From: an uncultured bacterium
GTDB lineage: Bacteria; Chlamydiota; Chlamydiia; Chlamydiales; Rhabdochlamydiaceae
Length of the DNA stretch: 64,000 nt
Direction of reading: 5' to 3'
Assembly (NCBI GenBank): GCA_964571465.1
Contig: CAZNAR010000004.1
Location: forward strand, 20,942 to 84,941
Shown: in pieces, positions 18,201 to 27,938 of the stretch
Position numbering within the stretch: the first letter of the stretch is position 1
How the letters are laid out: each line of letters starts with the position of its first letter
Notes under the pieces: generated by a model
The model's input: the letters and a program-made list of their open reading frames with translations, nothing else
Told to the model about the DNA's origin: nothing
Database searches by the model: none
Position numbers and translations under genes: made by a program

Positions 18201-18455
18201 GTATGTAAAACAGGAACCGCGCAAGCTCTCTACAAACACTCTGTCTCCAGTGGAGCAAGTCCCGTCATGGAACATTACATTTGCTTTGCGGCGATTGCCT
18301 ACCCTAAAAAGTCGATCTTGCTTGCGCCGATTGATAAAGAACCTGAACTTGTCGTCGTCGTCTCCCTACGTTACCGTCAAGCTGGTCTCGAAGGAGGCCC
18401 CATTGCTGCACAAGTGGTCAAAAAATGGCGCGAGATTAAAGCGCGGTATCAGTAG
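15300..18455 (+). CDS. mrdA: Penicillin-binding protein 2 (elongasome transpeptidase), expanded chlamydial-type form
   Basis: N-terminal TM plus transpeptidase motifs SVFK (GSVFKLVT), SSN (EQSSNVYF) and KTGTA. At 1051 aa it is far longer than typical PBP2 proteins. The start may be the TTG at 15300 or the ATG at 15318. Confidence 0.9.
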   Translation: MSIVSNMRISEKTNRVLHVISLCLMLILVRSWYLAVIQHDHHVKMAEKPQRRVVIEKADRATIQDRFGVPLAVNKIQYNASVCYAHIRQIPSMRWTKNEKGERVRVSERLDYVTKLSKKLSSELGIPAKRIEDLIHGKAALLPHTPFVIKEDLSEEQYYRLKGLEKDWLGLQVEHVSRREYPLGKIAGDVIGYLGNIDASHYLKIAHELNSLEDYLIAKQDGESRFLPEGFDSPEEVLQRFFDLQEKAYTMNDLVGKSGVEASYDEDLRGYVGKHIYEVDTKGNFVRELQGSREAVPGKKLTLSLSAELQMFAEELIASNEGSRLDKADGGINEKWMRGSAVVAMVPQTGEIVALASYPRYNPNDFIPSRDPESRKEKAFAVKQWLENEEYLGEVWDGKRPLKREYFSFVKGHYLEESLPLTWHRYLEAILPGRSTIKNVMFQIHDVKMALQIQEIGIYHPLLREIKIEHDKYLAIDLCHLIAPLELFTPELIQDVGTQSLSDYFSTRQEAMRLLTRMKEELRELFYDHDFNNWRESHFKEYLKEMRAKEKAERKYAKPYTDYLDRVEKKLWGKFWEAYKPVFLYIALTGQIPIVMENYPHLTPYVCILRETYFPLLQGTYPLLHEKLEKISVPSGVAYLKTLRSFDELNGPLERRYPYVRSIHGKSQEKHLALAFYPPYGYGFTRSQSYRQACPPGSVFKLVTTYQTLTELHAKGLPFNPLTIIDDWRGSPTSKSFILGFLNDGTPLTRSYKEGRLPRSSHPGMGRLDMQGALEQSSNVYFSLLAGDVIQNPLNLTIAAKQFGMGEKTGIDLPGEARGKVPDDVDQNRTGLYSFAIGQHTLETTPLQTALMTATIANQGKVVRPHVVLKMEGIDRVLHHELLEEPNWAFDKLPIQTTIHREENMVQVMTPQVDRILPFPSPIFNYLFEGMHRVVTGPRGTARPGVMRALYDHPTSLRDYLEIHRDLVCKTGTAQALYKHSVSSGASPVMEHYICFAAIAYPKKSILLAPIDKEPELVVVVSLRYRQAGLEGGPIAAQVVKKWREIKARYQ

Positions 18456-18909
18456 GTTTTCTGTCGTTTTTCCAAAGGTAGAAATATTCTAGAGCCTCAC
18501 GTCCCCCAGATATCAAGGGGAGCTTCAGCCCTTCTTGCAGATTCACCCATGAAGCATCGATGTGTTCATCTGGAGCAACTTGAAGCAGAGGCATTTCTTG
18601 GAATGGCAGGAAGTAAATATGAAAAATAAAATCAACCTCAGGGCGCCGAACATAGAGGGAAGAAATGGTCGTGAGAGAGGCTTGAGACGCCGCAATGCCC
18701 GCTTCTTCGGCCAGTTCCCTTAAAGCAGCTTCGATCGGTTTTTCTCCTTCCTCAACTTTGCCCGCAGGAATCCCCCATTTCATCCCTTCAATTTTCTCTG
18801 AATGTCTTTTCAGATAGAGGATACGTCCATCGTATTCACAGAAGACCCCTGCAGCCTCAACTGTGGGATTAAAATCACGCGGACGGTGTAAGAACACTTG
18901 TGCTGTCAT
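18436..18909 (-). CDS. NUDIX hydrolase
   Basis: Nudix box GKVEEGEKPIEAALRELAEEAGI. Confidence 0.85.
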   Translation of the reverse strand: MTAQVFLHRPRDFNPTVEAAGVFCEYDGRILYLKRHSEKIEGMKWGIPAGKVEEGEKPIEAALRELAEEAGIAASQASLTTISSLYVRRPEVDFIFHIYFLPFQEMPLLQVAPDEHIDASWVNLQEGLKLPLISGGREALEYFYLWKNDRKPTDTAL

Positions 18910-20216
18910 TTAGCCAATGGTGTTTGAAGTTGCTGAATAATATCACCTAACGTTGGTCTTTTAATGAACCTTGCTTCAATTGAAAGGTAAATCCCCTTAA
19001 ACGGAGAGGCAAGCCATTTCAATGGCTTCATAATTCCTCTTAATAAAAGGCGTACAATTTTTAATCCAGTCGCTTTCCAAACGGCCCATCGTCTTTCACT
19101 CTCATAAATTTGGAAAACGGCTTTCTCATACTCTTTAAAGGGTTGAGGAATTGCTGACAAATCAAGGGGGACTTGCTCACTAAAAAATGATTGCACGGCT
19201 TTAGCAAGCAGAGCTGACTCTAAAAATGCTTTATTGACGCCTCTTGCAAACACAGCTCCTGAAAGCGCATCTCCGACAAAGAGAATTACCTTTTTCTCAT
19301 GGAGCACAGCAGCTTGAGGGCTTCGATAGACTGAAATTGGAAGTCTCTTAATCTGAGGTTCTATACAGTTGCCCTGACGCTTAAAAACGCTCCATAGATA
19401 ATGGGCGATTTTGCATGCTTGATTTTCTACCACCGGATTGCTGACCGCTGCTTCTTGAAGTTGTTCAAGATTCCAGGGATGCTCATTCTTTGCTCCTTCA
19501 AAAGCATCATAGGTATTCTGACCTACAAAGAAATGGACAGTGGCAGGTTTTAATACACTGTTCTGCTTTTTTGAACTGAGTGTTTCAAATGCAACACCTT
19601 GCTTAGAAGAGCCAAAGAGCTTTTGATCTTTTCGTAACTGTTTTGTTTCTTGATGGGTTTGGTATTTGAGCTCAATGAAATATTGGAGATCTTTGATTTC
19701 GACTCGCTTTTCCTCATCTCCCCCTTGTGCAAACGCTTGCCTTAAATCACTATGAGCTCCATCGGCTCCAATGATGATTTGTGCGCTTTGAAATAACTGC
19801 TGAAGTTCTTGTTTTTCAGCAGACCCTGTTATCTGAGAATCAAAAAGTTGCGGTATTGCTTCCTTGGTTGTCAAAGGTCTGTAGGCATCTTTACGTAAGA
19901 TCTGAACACCTAATGCTTTTGCTTTTTGGGCCAATTCATTTTCAATGTCCATTGTCGAAACAGCCCGCCCCTGCCATGACTGTAATAGGTGGGATAAATC
20001 TTTCACGTCACGGTTTTGCAGATGATCTTTCAAAATGTTTTGAATCGTTCCAATCGCATCGTAGGCAAAATTAAGGGCATAATTTCTTTTTGTAACTTGA
20101 CGGCTATCAATGACTGTTATCTGTTTAGTCGGATTTGTGACGGCCAAAGCACAGGCGGACATGACACCTGAAGGTCCTGCTCCCACTACTAAAATATCTG
20201 TTTTATTAATTGACAT
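18906..20216 (-). CDS. FAD-dependent monooxygenase/oxidoreductase
   Basis: Dinucleotide-binding [15 protein letters not shown] lies immediately after the chosen ATG at 20216. GADGAHS and [16 protein letters not shown] are flavoprotein-monooxygenase-like motifs. The ORF track's longer N-terminus runs deep into the upstream gene. Confidence 0.75.
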   Translation of the reverse strand: MSINKTDILVVGAGPSGVMSACALAVTNPTKQITVIDSRQVTKRNYALNFAYDAIGTIQNILKDHLQNRDVKDLSHLLQSWQGRAVSTMDIENELAQKAKALGVQILRKDAYRPLTTKEAIPQLFDSQITGSAEKQELQQLFQSAQIIIGADGAHSDLRQAFAQGGDEEKRVEIKDLQYFIELKYQTHQETKQLRKDQKLFGSSKQGVAFETLSSKKQNSVLKPATVHFFVGQNTYDAFEGAKNEHPWNLEQLQEAAVSNPVVENQACKIAHYLWSVFKRQGNCIEPQIKRLPISVYRSPQAAVLHEKKVILFVGDALSGAVFARGVNKAFLESALLAKAVQSFFSEQVPLDLSAIPQPFKEYEKAVFQIYESERRWAVWKATGLKIVRLLLRGIMKPLKWLASPFKGIYLSIEARFIKRPTLGDIIQQLQTPLAK

Positions 20217-21165
20217 AGCTCTTCGAAAGCACTTTTTCAAAATACTGAATTGTACGAGAAAGACCTTGTTCAAGGGAGATCTTTGGATTCCAGCCAAGTG
20301 TCTTTTGTGCAAGAGAGATATCGGGCTTGCGCTGTTTAGGGTCATCTTGAGGAAGAGGCTTGAAGATGAGCTCTGATTTGGAGCCAGTCATTTGAAGAAC
20401 TAAGCGCGCAAGATCGATAATCTGAAACTCAACAGGGTTTCCAATATTCACGGGTCCTGTGAACGAAGGATCGGTTGCCATGAGTAGAACGAGACCATCG
20501 ATCAAATCATCGACAAAACAGAAAGAGCGCGTTTGATTCCCTTCTCCATAAATTGTAATAGGGTCGCCACGGAGCGCTTGAACGATAAAGTTAGAAACGA
20601 CACGCCCATCTTGTGGATGCATGCGAGGTCCGTAGGTGTTAAAAATACGAGCAACTTTGATCGGGAGGCCGTATTGTCTGTGGTAATCGAAGAAGAGGGT
20701 CTCCGCGCACCGTTTACTCTCGTCGTAGCATGAACGAAGTCCAATCGGATTGACATTTCCCCAATATCCTTCATGTTGAGGATGGATCTCAGGGTCACCG
20801 TAAACTTCACTGGTCGAAGCTTGCAAGATTTTGATCTTGAGCGCTTCGGCAAGCGTTAAAAGATTGATAGCACCGTGGACGCTAGTCTTTGTCGTCTGTA
20901 CTGGATCAAACTGGTAGTGAATCGGCGATGCAGGACATGCCAAATTATAAATCTCATCGACTTCCACTTGAAGAGGGACGCAGACATCGTGCCTTAGCAG
21001 CTCAAAATAGGGGTGTGAAAGGAGATGAACAATATTGTCTTTCGATCCTGTAAAGAAATTATCGAGACAGATCACCTCAGCTCCTTGATGGAGGAGTTTT
21101 TCACAGAGGTGGGAGCCTAAGAAACCGGCTCCCCCTGTCACTAAAATTCGTTTACGAGTGGTCAT
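20206..21165 (-). CDS. UDP-glucuronate decarboxylase (UDP-xylose synthase), SDR family
   Basis: [41 protein letters not shown] and [18 protein letters not shown] give a strong UXS signature. Confidence 0.9.
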   Translation of the reverse strand: MTTRKRILVTGGAGFLGSHLCEKLLHQGAEVICLDNFFTGSKDNIVHLLSHPYFELLRHDVCVPLQVEVDEIYNLACPASPIHYQFDPVQTTKTSVHGAINLLTLAEALKIKILQASTSEVYGDPEIHPQHEGYWGNVNPIGLRSCYDESKRCAETLFFDYHRQYGLPIKVARIFNTYGPRMHPQDGRVVSNFIVQALRGDPITIYGEGNQTRSFCFVDDLIDGLVLLMATDPSFTGPVNIGNPVEFQIIDLARLVLQMTGSKSELIFKPLPQDDPKQRKPDISLAQKTLGWNPKISLEQGLSRTIQYFEKVLSKSYVN

Positions 21166-22370
21166 TACTTGTTCACCACATTCATCACTTGCAGGGCAAG
21201 TTCCACAAAGACAAACAAGATCAAGACAGAAAGCATCAACTTTCCACCTTTGAGTTGCTGGTCATGTTCTTTATATTTTTTAATATAGCGACCAACCCAC
21301 ACCATGACAGGCGGCAGGAGTCCGAACAAGAGAGCACAGCTAATGCCACCGGCATACTCTAGTGCTGTGATGAAAATTCCGGGGTAGCTGAGGGCAATAA
21401 TGGTCGGCGGAACAAAGATTGCAAGGCAAAGAGCAATCTTTTTAAACCCTTCTTTTTTGACTTTCAGTCCGTCAGCTAAGAAGTCTAAGAATGCAAGGGC
21501 CAGCGCCACATACGATGTTGTTAAAACAAAGAATGCAAAGACACTTCCGATGTTAAAAATCCAAGGATTTTGAAGAAGTTCTTTGAGAGGCATCACGGCT
21601 GTTTGCCCTTCTGCTTTTGCAGTAATGAGCTTTTCAACGGGGATGATTCCTAGAATCAGGAACTCCCAAACCAAGTAAACAACCAGAGGGATTGACGTCC
21701 CCAGAACAATCGAAAGACGAACTTTCTTCACGTTCTGATTCATGTACGACATGAGTGTCGGAATGATCAGTTGGTAGGTAAATGCTGTGAATAGAACCGG
21801 AAGCGCAGGCCACGCCTGACTCCAATCAGCGTACGAAAGATTCTTCATCGATACATTTCCTGCTGATAAGAAAATGAAAGAGAAATAGGTGATCAAAACA
21901 ATCATCATCATGATGAGGTTGAACCGATCCACCGATTTCGTTCCCAAATAAACAACGGGTGAGAAAAGGAGGACATAGAGAATCATCGATGCTGTTTCTG
22001 GAATTTGAACGCCAAATGAGAGATTGATGAGATCTGCCATCGTACTTCCACCGCCTGAGACGTGAGCAATCATGGCCGTGCAAAAGAGAAAGAGGTAAAC
22101 CACCCAGCAAATCGCTTGACCGACAGGCCCTAAAAGGCGGTGCGTCATCGTGATCAAGTTCGCTTCTTTTGGCATCCACGTGCAGACTTCCAGCAAGAGA
22201 AGACCTGTGCAAAGCATGAATACCCATGTAAGGAGGTAGACAAGAGACGCAGGAATAAACCCTCCTGGGCCTGTAGCGACTGGAAGGCCGAGCATCCCCA
22301 CACCCACCATTGTGGCTGCGATCAGCAACGTTCCCCCAACGACATGTCCTAAACCTTTAAAGATATGCAT
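21165..22370 (-). CDS. tyrP: Aromatic amino acid (tyrosine/tryptophan) permease, HAAAP family
   Basis: About 11 TMs. The N-terminal [20 protein letters not shown] is typical of TyrP/Mtr. The start is chosen at the ATG at 22370. Confidence 0.8.
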   Translation of the reverse strand: MHIFKGLGHVVGGTLLIAATMVGVGMLGLPVATGPGGFIPASLVYLLTWVFMLCTGLLLLEVCTWMPKEANLITMTHRLLGPVGQAICWVVYLFLFCTAMIAHVSGGGSTMADLINLSFGVQIPETASMILYVLLFSPVVYLGTKSVDRFNLIMMMIVLITYFSFIFLSAGNVSMKNLSYADWSQAWPALPVLFTAFTYQLIIPTLMSYMNQNVKKVRLSIVLGTSIPLVVYLVWEFLILGIIPVEKLITAKAEGQTAVMPLKELLQNPWIFNIGSVFAFFVLTTSYVALALAFLDFLADGLKVKKEGFKKIALCLAIFVPPTIIALSYPGIFITALEYAGGISCALLFGLLPPVMVWVGRYIKKYKEHDQQLKGGKLMLSVLILFVFVELALQVMNVVNK

Positions 22371-22460
22371 GCAAAACTCCAAATAATAATTTAAAAAGCA
22401 GATATCTACTATAAGGTTGCAATTTAAAAAAAAGCAACCTTTAGTTACCATTAAACCCCT

Positions 22461-22997
22461 ATGGAAGTCACCAATCTACGCTTAAAAGGCTTAAAACTTA
22501 TTTCTCCTCGCATCTTTCACGATGAAAGAGGTTTTTTTAAAGAGTCGTACCATGAACCTCGCTACACCGATCAGGGGATCTCTGTCCGCTTTGTTCAAGA
22601 CAATCACTCTTTCTCACAAAAAAACGTGATCCGCGGTATGCATTTTCAGGCAACTCCCGGGCAAGACAAGCTCGTCTGGGTCACCCAAGGAAAAATTTTT
22701 GATGTCGCCGTTGACCTCCGAAGAGACTCCCCCACTTTTGGTCAGTGGGAAGGCGTCTATCTCGATGATCAATCCCAACAGCAACTTTTCATTCCTAATG
22801 GATTTGCCCATGGGTTCTGCGTGGTCAGCGAGGAAGGGGCTCATGTGAACTACAAAGTCAGTACCCCTTATGACGGAGCAACTGAAAAAACATTTCGGTT
22901 TGACGACTCCACTGTTAAAATCCAGTGGCCCACTCAAACCCCTATCATTTCCCTCAGAGATCAAGAAGCTCCCTCATTCCTTGAGGTTGTAAAATGA
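22461..22997 (+). CDS. rfbC: dTDP-4-dehydrorhamnose 3,5-epimerase
   Basis: RGMHFQ..QDKLVWVTQGKIFDVAVDLR..SPTFGQW cupin motifs. Confidence 0.9.
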   Translation: MEVTNLRLKGLKLISPRIFHDERGFFKESYHEPRYTDQGISVRFVQDNHSFSQKNVIRGMHFQATPGQDKLVWVTQGKIFDVAVDLRRDSPTFGQWEGVYLDDQSQQQLFIPNGFAHGFCVVSEEGAHVNYKVSTPYDGATEKTFRFDDSTVKIQWPTQTPIISLRDQEAPSFLEVVK

Positions 22998-23848
22998 AAA
23001 TTTGGATTACAGGTGGACAAGGCCTCGTAGGAACAGCTCTTCAGAAATTGTGTAAAGAAGATCTCATTCCTTTCATCGCAACAGGACACGGAGATGTCGA
23101 CATTAGTTCTCTTGCTAGCGTAAAAGAATTTTTTCATTCAAATCCTTACATTACACATATTATTAATTGTGCAGCTTATACCCGGGTGGACGATGCCGAA
23201 AATCAGGAACAAGAGGCTTTCAAAGCCAATACGCTGGGTCCTGAAAATTTAGGGAAGCTCGCGCGCCATGAAGGACTCAAACTGATTCACGTCTCGACAG
23301 ATTATGTGTTTGATGTTGAACACCCTTCTCCCCTTGCGGAGACAGCTCCTTACCAACCTTCCAGCGTCTACGGAAAAACAAAAAAAGAGGGCGAAGAACG
23401 GCTCTTAAACGAATTTCCCCATGCCTGCATCGTTCGAACGTCGTGGGTCTTCGGAAGCGGCGGCAAAAATTTTATCTCCTCTCTTTTGAATAAACTCCAG
23501 CAAGAAAAAAGTATCTCTGTTGTGCATGATCAGATCAACCGCCTAACGTATGCACGTGACCTTGCAAGTGCACTTCTGGCACTCATGTGTCATGAAGGAA
23601 TTTTCCACTTTGCTAATCACGGAATTGTCTCAAGATACGATGTCGCTCTTAAAATGCGGCAGTTTCTGCAACAAAATGGGAAAAATCTGCTCTGCGATGA
23701 GATCTCTAAAGTTCCTGCATCGACCTTTCCTACACGCGCACCTCGGCCCCGTTTTTCGATTCTTGACACTCAAAAAATCGAGAAAATCATCGGGATTAAA
23801 CCTCGGAGTTGGGAAGAGGCGCTGAAGGAGTTTATCGATGAGATTTAG
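22994..23848 (+). CDS. rfbD: dTDP-4-dehydrorhamnose reductase
   Basis: IWITGGQGLVG, HVSTDYVFD, YGKTKKEGE and RTSWVFG. Confidence 0.9.
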   Translation: MKIWITGGQGLVGTALQKLCKEDLIPFIATGHGDVDISSLASVKEFFHSNPYITHIINCAAYTRVDDAENQEQEAFKANTLGPENLGKLARHEGLKLIHVSTDYVFDVEHPSPLAETAPYQPSSVYGKTKKEGEERLLNEFPHACIVRTSWVFGSGGKNFISSLLNKLQQEKSISVVHDQINRLTYARDLASALLALMCHEGIFHFANHGIVSRYDVALKMRQFLQQNGKNLLCDEISKVPASTFPTRAPRPRFSILDTQKIEKIIGIKPRSWEEALKEFIDEI

Positions 23849-24809
23849 GAAAATCCTCGTCACAGGCGGGGCTGGCTTTATTGGATCGGCCTTTATTCGG
23901 TGGGGTCTTGAAACTTTTCAAGAACTTGAAAAAATCGTTAACCTCGATCTTCTGACTTATGCCGCTCATGAAAAAAATATGGCCTCCTTTTTACACGATC
24001 CACGCCATCTTTTTGTAAAAGGAGATATCCGGGATTCGAAGCTCGTTGAACAACTGTGCCGTGATCATCAAATTGAAGTAATCGTCCACTTTGCAGCAGA
24101 AAGTCATGTCGACCGAAGTATCACCGATCCTCAAGCATTCATTGAGACCAACATTGTCGGAACATTTTCACTTTTAGAAGTCTTACGAAAATATCCCCAC
24201 ATCCATTTCCACCATGTCTCAACCGATGAAGTCTACGGATCGATCCAAGAAGGATTTTTCAATGAATCATCCCCTTACAAACCAAACTCTCCGTATGCTG
24301 CATCAAAAGCTGCTTCCGATCACTTAGTGCGCGCCTGGGGTCATACCTACAACCTATCAACGACGCTTTCTCACTGCAGCAATAACTACGGACCGTGTCA
24401 ACACCAAGAGAAGTTCATTCCTCTGATGATCTCTCATTGCCTTCAAGGGAAACCTCTTCCTGTCTATGGGAAAGGGCTAAACATCCGCGACTGGCTCTAC
24501 GTCGATGATCATGCAGATGCTGTGTGGCGCATCATAAATCATGGTGTAAAAGGTGAAGTCTACGATATTGGAGGCAACACCGAAAAACAGAACATTGACC
24601 TTCTTCATGCGTTGATTAGGCTCGTCGCACATAAAACGGCGCAAGAGGAGCAAAAGCTGAGAGAACTCATCACCTTTGTTGATGATAGACCGGGACACGA
24701 TTTCCGCTATGCTATTGACACGACAAAAATCGTCAATCACCTCGGTTGGAATCCGCTCCACACCCTAGAAAAAGGTCTTGAAAAAACAATTGCTTGGTAT
24801 GTTGTATGA
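23838..24809 (+). CDS. rfbB: dTDP-glucose 4,6-dehydratase
   Basis: [42 protein letters not shown] and RPGHDFRYAID. Confidence 0.95.
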   Translation: MRFRKILVTGGAGFIGSAFIRWGLETFQELEKIVNLDLLTYAAHEKNMASFLHDPRHLFVKGDIRDSKLVEQLCRDHQIEVIVHFAAESHVDRSITDPQAFIETNIVGTFSLLEVLRKYPHIHFHHVSTDEVYGSIQEGFFNESSPYKPNSPYAASKAASDHLVRAWGHTYNLSTTLSHCSNNYGPCQHQEKFIPLMISHCLQGKPLPVYGKGLNIRDWLYVDDHADAVWRIINHGVKGEVYDIGGNTEKQNIDLLHALIRLVAHKTAQEEQKLRELITFVDDRPGHDFRYAIDTTKIVNHLGWNPLHTLEKGLEKTIAWYVV

Positions 24810-25540
24810 AAAAAATTGCTTGCGTCATTCCAGCTCGGCTAAATTCCAGCCGCTTCCCCCGAAAAATCTTGGCATCTCTCCATGGGAAACCTCTTCTAGA
24901 ATGGGTCTGGGAAGCCGCCATGAAAGTTCCTCTCTTCAGCTCAGTAACGATTGCCCTTGATTCAGAAGAGACTGCAGAGGTTGTACGATCCTTCGGAGGT
25001 CATTACCAAATGACAGCGCTGGAGTGCCCCAATGGAACCATGAGACTGTGTGATCTGATTAAAAGATATCCTACTGAAGGTGATATCTTTGTATGCTGGC
25101 AAGGGGATGAACCTTTTTTACATGAAGAGATGATTCGAGAGCTTCTGCAGACCGCAGGACAAGATGAAGCCGACATTTGGACTTTAAAAAAGAAGATCAC
25201 CGATCTCAAAATTGCAGCTTCGCCCCATACATGTAAGGTTGTGACAGACAGCCAAGGGTATGCCCTTTACTTCTCACGCAGCTTGATCCCTTTTCATCGA
25301 GATACGACTCCGACTTACTACGAAAAACATATCGGGATCTACGCTTATTCACGGGCAGCCCTCGAGAAAATTTCAACTCTTCCAATGAGCGCTTTATGTG
25401 AGTATGAACAACTTGAAATGCTCAACTTTATGTACCACGGCCTTAAGATCCGGGTCCATGAAACAGTGCACGAAGGTTTTGGAGTTGATATTCCAGAGCA
25501 TCTCGAAGAAGCTTACCGACGTGTTTTAGTCAGAAAATAG
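24806..25540 (+). CDS. kdsB: 3-deoxy-manno-octulosonate cytidylyltransferase (CMP-Kdo synthetase)
   Basis: The N-terminus MKKIACVIPARLNSSRFPRKIL..GKPLL is diagnostic. The ATG at 24806 forms an ATGA overlap with the rfbB stop. Confidence 0.9.
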   Translation: MKKIACVIPARLNSSRFPRKILASLHGKPLLEWVWEAAMKVPLFSSVTIALDSEETAEVVRSFGGHYQMTALECPNGTMRLCDLIKRYPTEGDIFVCWQGDEPFLHEEMIRELLQTAGQDEADIWTLKKKITDLKIAASPHTCKVVTDSQGYALYFSRSLIPFHRDTTPTYYEKHIGIYAYSRAALEKISTLPMSALCEYEQLEMLNFMYHGLKIRVHETVHEGFGVDIPEHLEEAYRRVLVRK

Positions 25541-25833
25541 CTGTGTTTCTTATTAACCTTTAAAAGGTAATGTTCGTCGTCTTTGCCTTGAGTTATGGTC
25601 ACCTTAACCCCACCCACTTTAAGTTCTTCTTTTTGGAGATTTTCTTCTTTGTAACACTCTTCAATGGCCTTCATATAGGCTCGATCAAAGTCTAAAGTCT
25701 TTTGAATCTTTTTTAAGAATTTTCTCTCGTTGCCGAGCACTCGAAATGCTCCATGAATTGATAGATAGGCAAATCCACCGACTAAGATGATGGCAATTAA
25801 GACTTCGAGCAGAAAAAAAGAACGTCTTTTCAT
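25513..25833 (-). CDS. Small protein with a prepilin/pseudopilin-type N-terminus
   Basis: MKRRS-FFLLEVLIAIILVGG has a basic leader, then F(+1) and E(+5), followed by a hydrophobic helix. This is the class III signal-peptide pattern, although Ser replaces the usual Gly at -1. Confidence 0.45.
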   Translation of the reverse strand: MKRRSFFLLEVLIAIILVGGFAYLSIHGAFRVLGNERKFLKKIQKTLDFDRAYMKAIEECYKEENLQKEELKVGGVKVTITQGKDDEHYLLKVNKKHSYFLTKTRR

Positions 25834-26570
25834 GAGACAATTTTAAGTGGTTTAAAATCGATATAGTCAGCCGCCGTTAGGAGGTACTGGATTCCACCTT
25901 CCGTCCCAAACATTTTAGCATCTTTCTTAAGATTATGGAGATGACCAAAGAGACAGATATTCACCCCATACTCTTTCAAAATTGCTGCCGTCCTTGAAGG
26001 ACGCAAATCGGCACTGATGGGGGGATAGTGCGTCATGGCAATTTTGAGCTTTGCTTGAGGGTTCATCTGCTTAAGACTCATTCTTAACCGTTCAAGTTCC
26101 CTTTCAAAGATCGCAGAGTCATTGACAACTTCTACTTTTTCGGTTGCTTTTGGGTTCTCTTGAAAATGAACATAAGCGTTAAAATTGTATTCTGCTGTGT
26201 CCCAAAGTCTCGTTCCCCCGATGGCAATCTCATTCCAATGGAACGCATTATTCTGTATAAATTGGATGGAGGAAGGAAACTTTTCTGCCATTTTCTTCGG
26301 TGAACTCCACCAATAATCATGGTTACCGCGGATCATGACCTTAGTTCCTGGGAGCTGATGGATCCATTCCAAATCGACCAACGCTTCATCGAGCCTCAGG
26401 GCCCATGAGATATCCCCTGGTAGCAGAACGAGGTCTGAAGGGTCAACACACTCTTTCCAATACTGCTCCATCCTCTCCATATATCTTTCCCAGGCAGGGC
26501 CGAAAATCGCCATGTTTTTGGAAGGAACACTTTTTGCTAAATGGAGATCGGCAAGTGCCCAGACAGTCAT
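25830..26570 (-). CDS. Calcineurin-like metallophosphoesterase
   Basis: The five phosphoesterase blocks are present: ADLHL, GDISWA, GNHDYW, MTHYPP and GHLHN. Confidence 0.8.
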   Translation of the reverse strand: MTVWALADLHLAKSVPSKNMAIFGPAWERYMERMEQYWKECVDPSDLVLLPGDISWALRLDEALVDLEWIHQLPGTKVMIRGNHDYWWSSPKKMAEKFPSSIQFIQNNAFHWNEIAIGGTRLWDTAEYNFNAYVHFQENPKATEKVEVVNDSAIFERELERLRMSLKQMNPQAKLKIAMTHYPPISADLRPSRTAAILKEYGVNICLFGHLHNLKKDAKMFGTEGGIQYLLTAADYIDFKPLKIVS

Positions 26571-26573
26571 AGG

Positions 26574-27938
26574 TCAACCTAACTCTAGCTTAGCTGCTTG
26601 AGGCTGCCAATCCCCTGTCTGCCAACGTTTTTGTAGGACTCGCTTAAACAAGACACTTGTTGTGACTATGGTAGAGAAAAAGACAATATACCAGAATTTA
26701 TCAGCGCCTACCTCAAAGACCACCATCAAAAGATAAGTTGTGAACGAGCTTACAATCCAAAAAAGAGAGTAATAAAATGATAAAAACCTCGTGTCACGTG
26801 ATGCAACAATTAAAGAAAGAGGAATCACACTGACCCCATACCCTAAAAGGGCAAGCCAAAGGGAAGGTATAATGGAGTGCATGGCTGCTAACGACTCATT
26901 TGCAAAAGGTGTCCCTTTGAAACATAACGTTAAAACTTCAGGAAAGAAAAAGAAAGGAATACATAACAAAAGTGCATAGGAGAACATGATAAACAATCCA
27001 TTAGAAACAATTTTCCAAATTGCATCACTTTGCTTTTGCCCAATTTGAGTGGCTACGAGTGTGACCATGGATTGAAAAAGAGCATCTGCAAAAAATGTAA
27101 AAAAGTAAAAAACAGTTACACCGATCGAATAAATAAGTAGATGCAACTCTGACTTAATTGTCATTGTGCGGGAAACTATACTCCAATCGATGAAACAGAA
27201 AATAGCACCTAGGGCACGGAAAAGGCCCGGTTTAATATAATGGGCAAACAAGAGCGGTTGAAAACGGAAATCCCTGGTGCAGTAGGTTTGATGGTTGTAA
27301 TAGCGTAAGAATAGGAAACCCAGAACCACACAGATGAAACCTTGTGAGATGACTTTCCCTAACGAAGCTCCCAATGTCCCTAGCGCAGGGATATAAGCAT
27401 TTCCAAAAATTAAGATATAATCTAAAGCTATATTTAATAGACAACCGCTCAATGTGAGGAAAACAATTAAAGCCGTCTTTCCTCTTCCAATATAAAAAGC
27501 TGATAAAGCACCCGCAAGTGGGAATAAAAAATTAAACCAACAAAGAAGGTAAAAATATCCTCCCTCAGTTTGTGCAATCAACGTGTTATGGTAAAAGAGA
27601 TGCTCAAGCGTAAATCCTAGAGGAGGGACAATGAAAGCCGTTCCCAGAGAAAACCAAATAAGTTGCCAAGTACAAGGTCCTATCTGACGTGGCTGATTGG
27701 ACCCATGGAAAAGGCCCACGAACGTTTGCCCTCCAATGATAACCGCCAAAGTAGAAAACTGGAAAACACGCGATAGAAAAAAGCCATTCAGGCTCCCGGC
27801 TAAGGCGTTTTCAGAGTATTGTGCTAGAAAAATACGTTCAATATAAGCAGTAAGGCTCGTTCCAAGCAGGAAGAGCAATACAGGAAAGAAAAGCTTACAG
27901 AACGTCTTTAAACCTTGCAGATTCAAGCTCTTACACAC
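26574..27938 (-). CDS. Polytopic membrane protein, MOP-superfamily-like (MATE/Wzx/MurJ type)
   Basis: 454 aa with about 12 predicted TMs arranged as two halves. The family assignment is tentative and based on topology and size only. Confidence 0.45.
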   Translation of the reverse strand: MCKSLNLQGLKTFCKLFFPVLLFLLGTSLTAYIERIFLAQYSENALAGSLNGFFLSRVFQFSTLAVIIGGQTFVGLFHGSNQPRQIGPCTWQLIWFSLGTAFIVPPLGFTLEHLFYHNTLIAQTEGGYFYLLCWFNFLFPLAGALSAFYIGRGKTALIVFLTLSGCLLNIALDYILIFGNAYIPALGTLGASLGKVISQGFICVVLGFLFLRYYNHQTYCTRDFRFQPLLFAHYIKPGLFRALGAIFCFIDWSIVSRTMTIKSELHLLIYSIGVTVFYFFTFFADALFQSMVTLVATQIGQKQSDAIWKIVSNGLFIMFSYALLLCIPFFFFPEVLTLCFKGTPFANESLAAMHSIIPSLWLALLGYGVSVIPLSLIVASRDTRFLSFYYSLFWIVSSFTTYLLMVVFEVGADKFWYIVFFSTIVTTSVLFKRVLQKRWQTGDWQPQAAKLELG

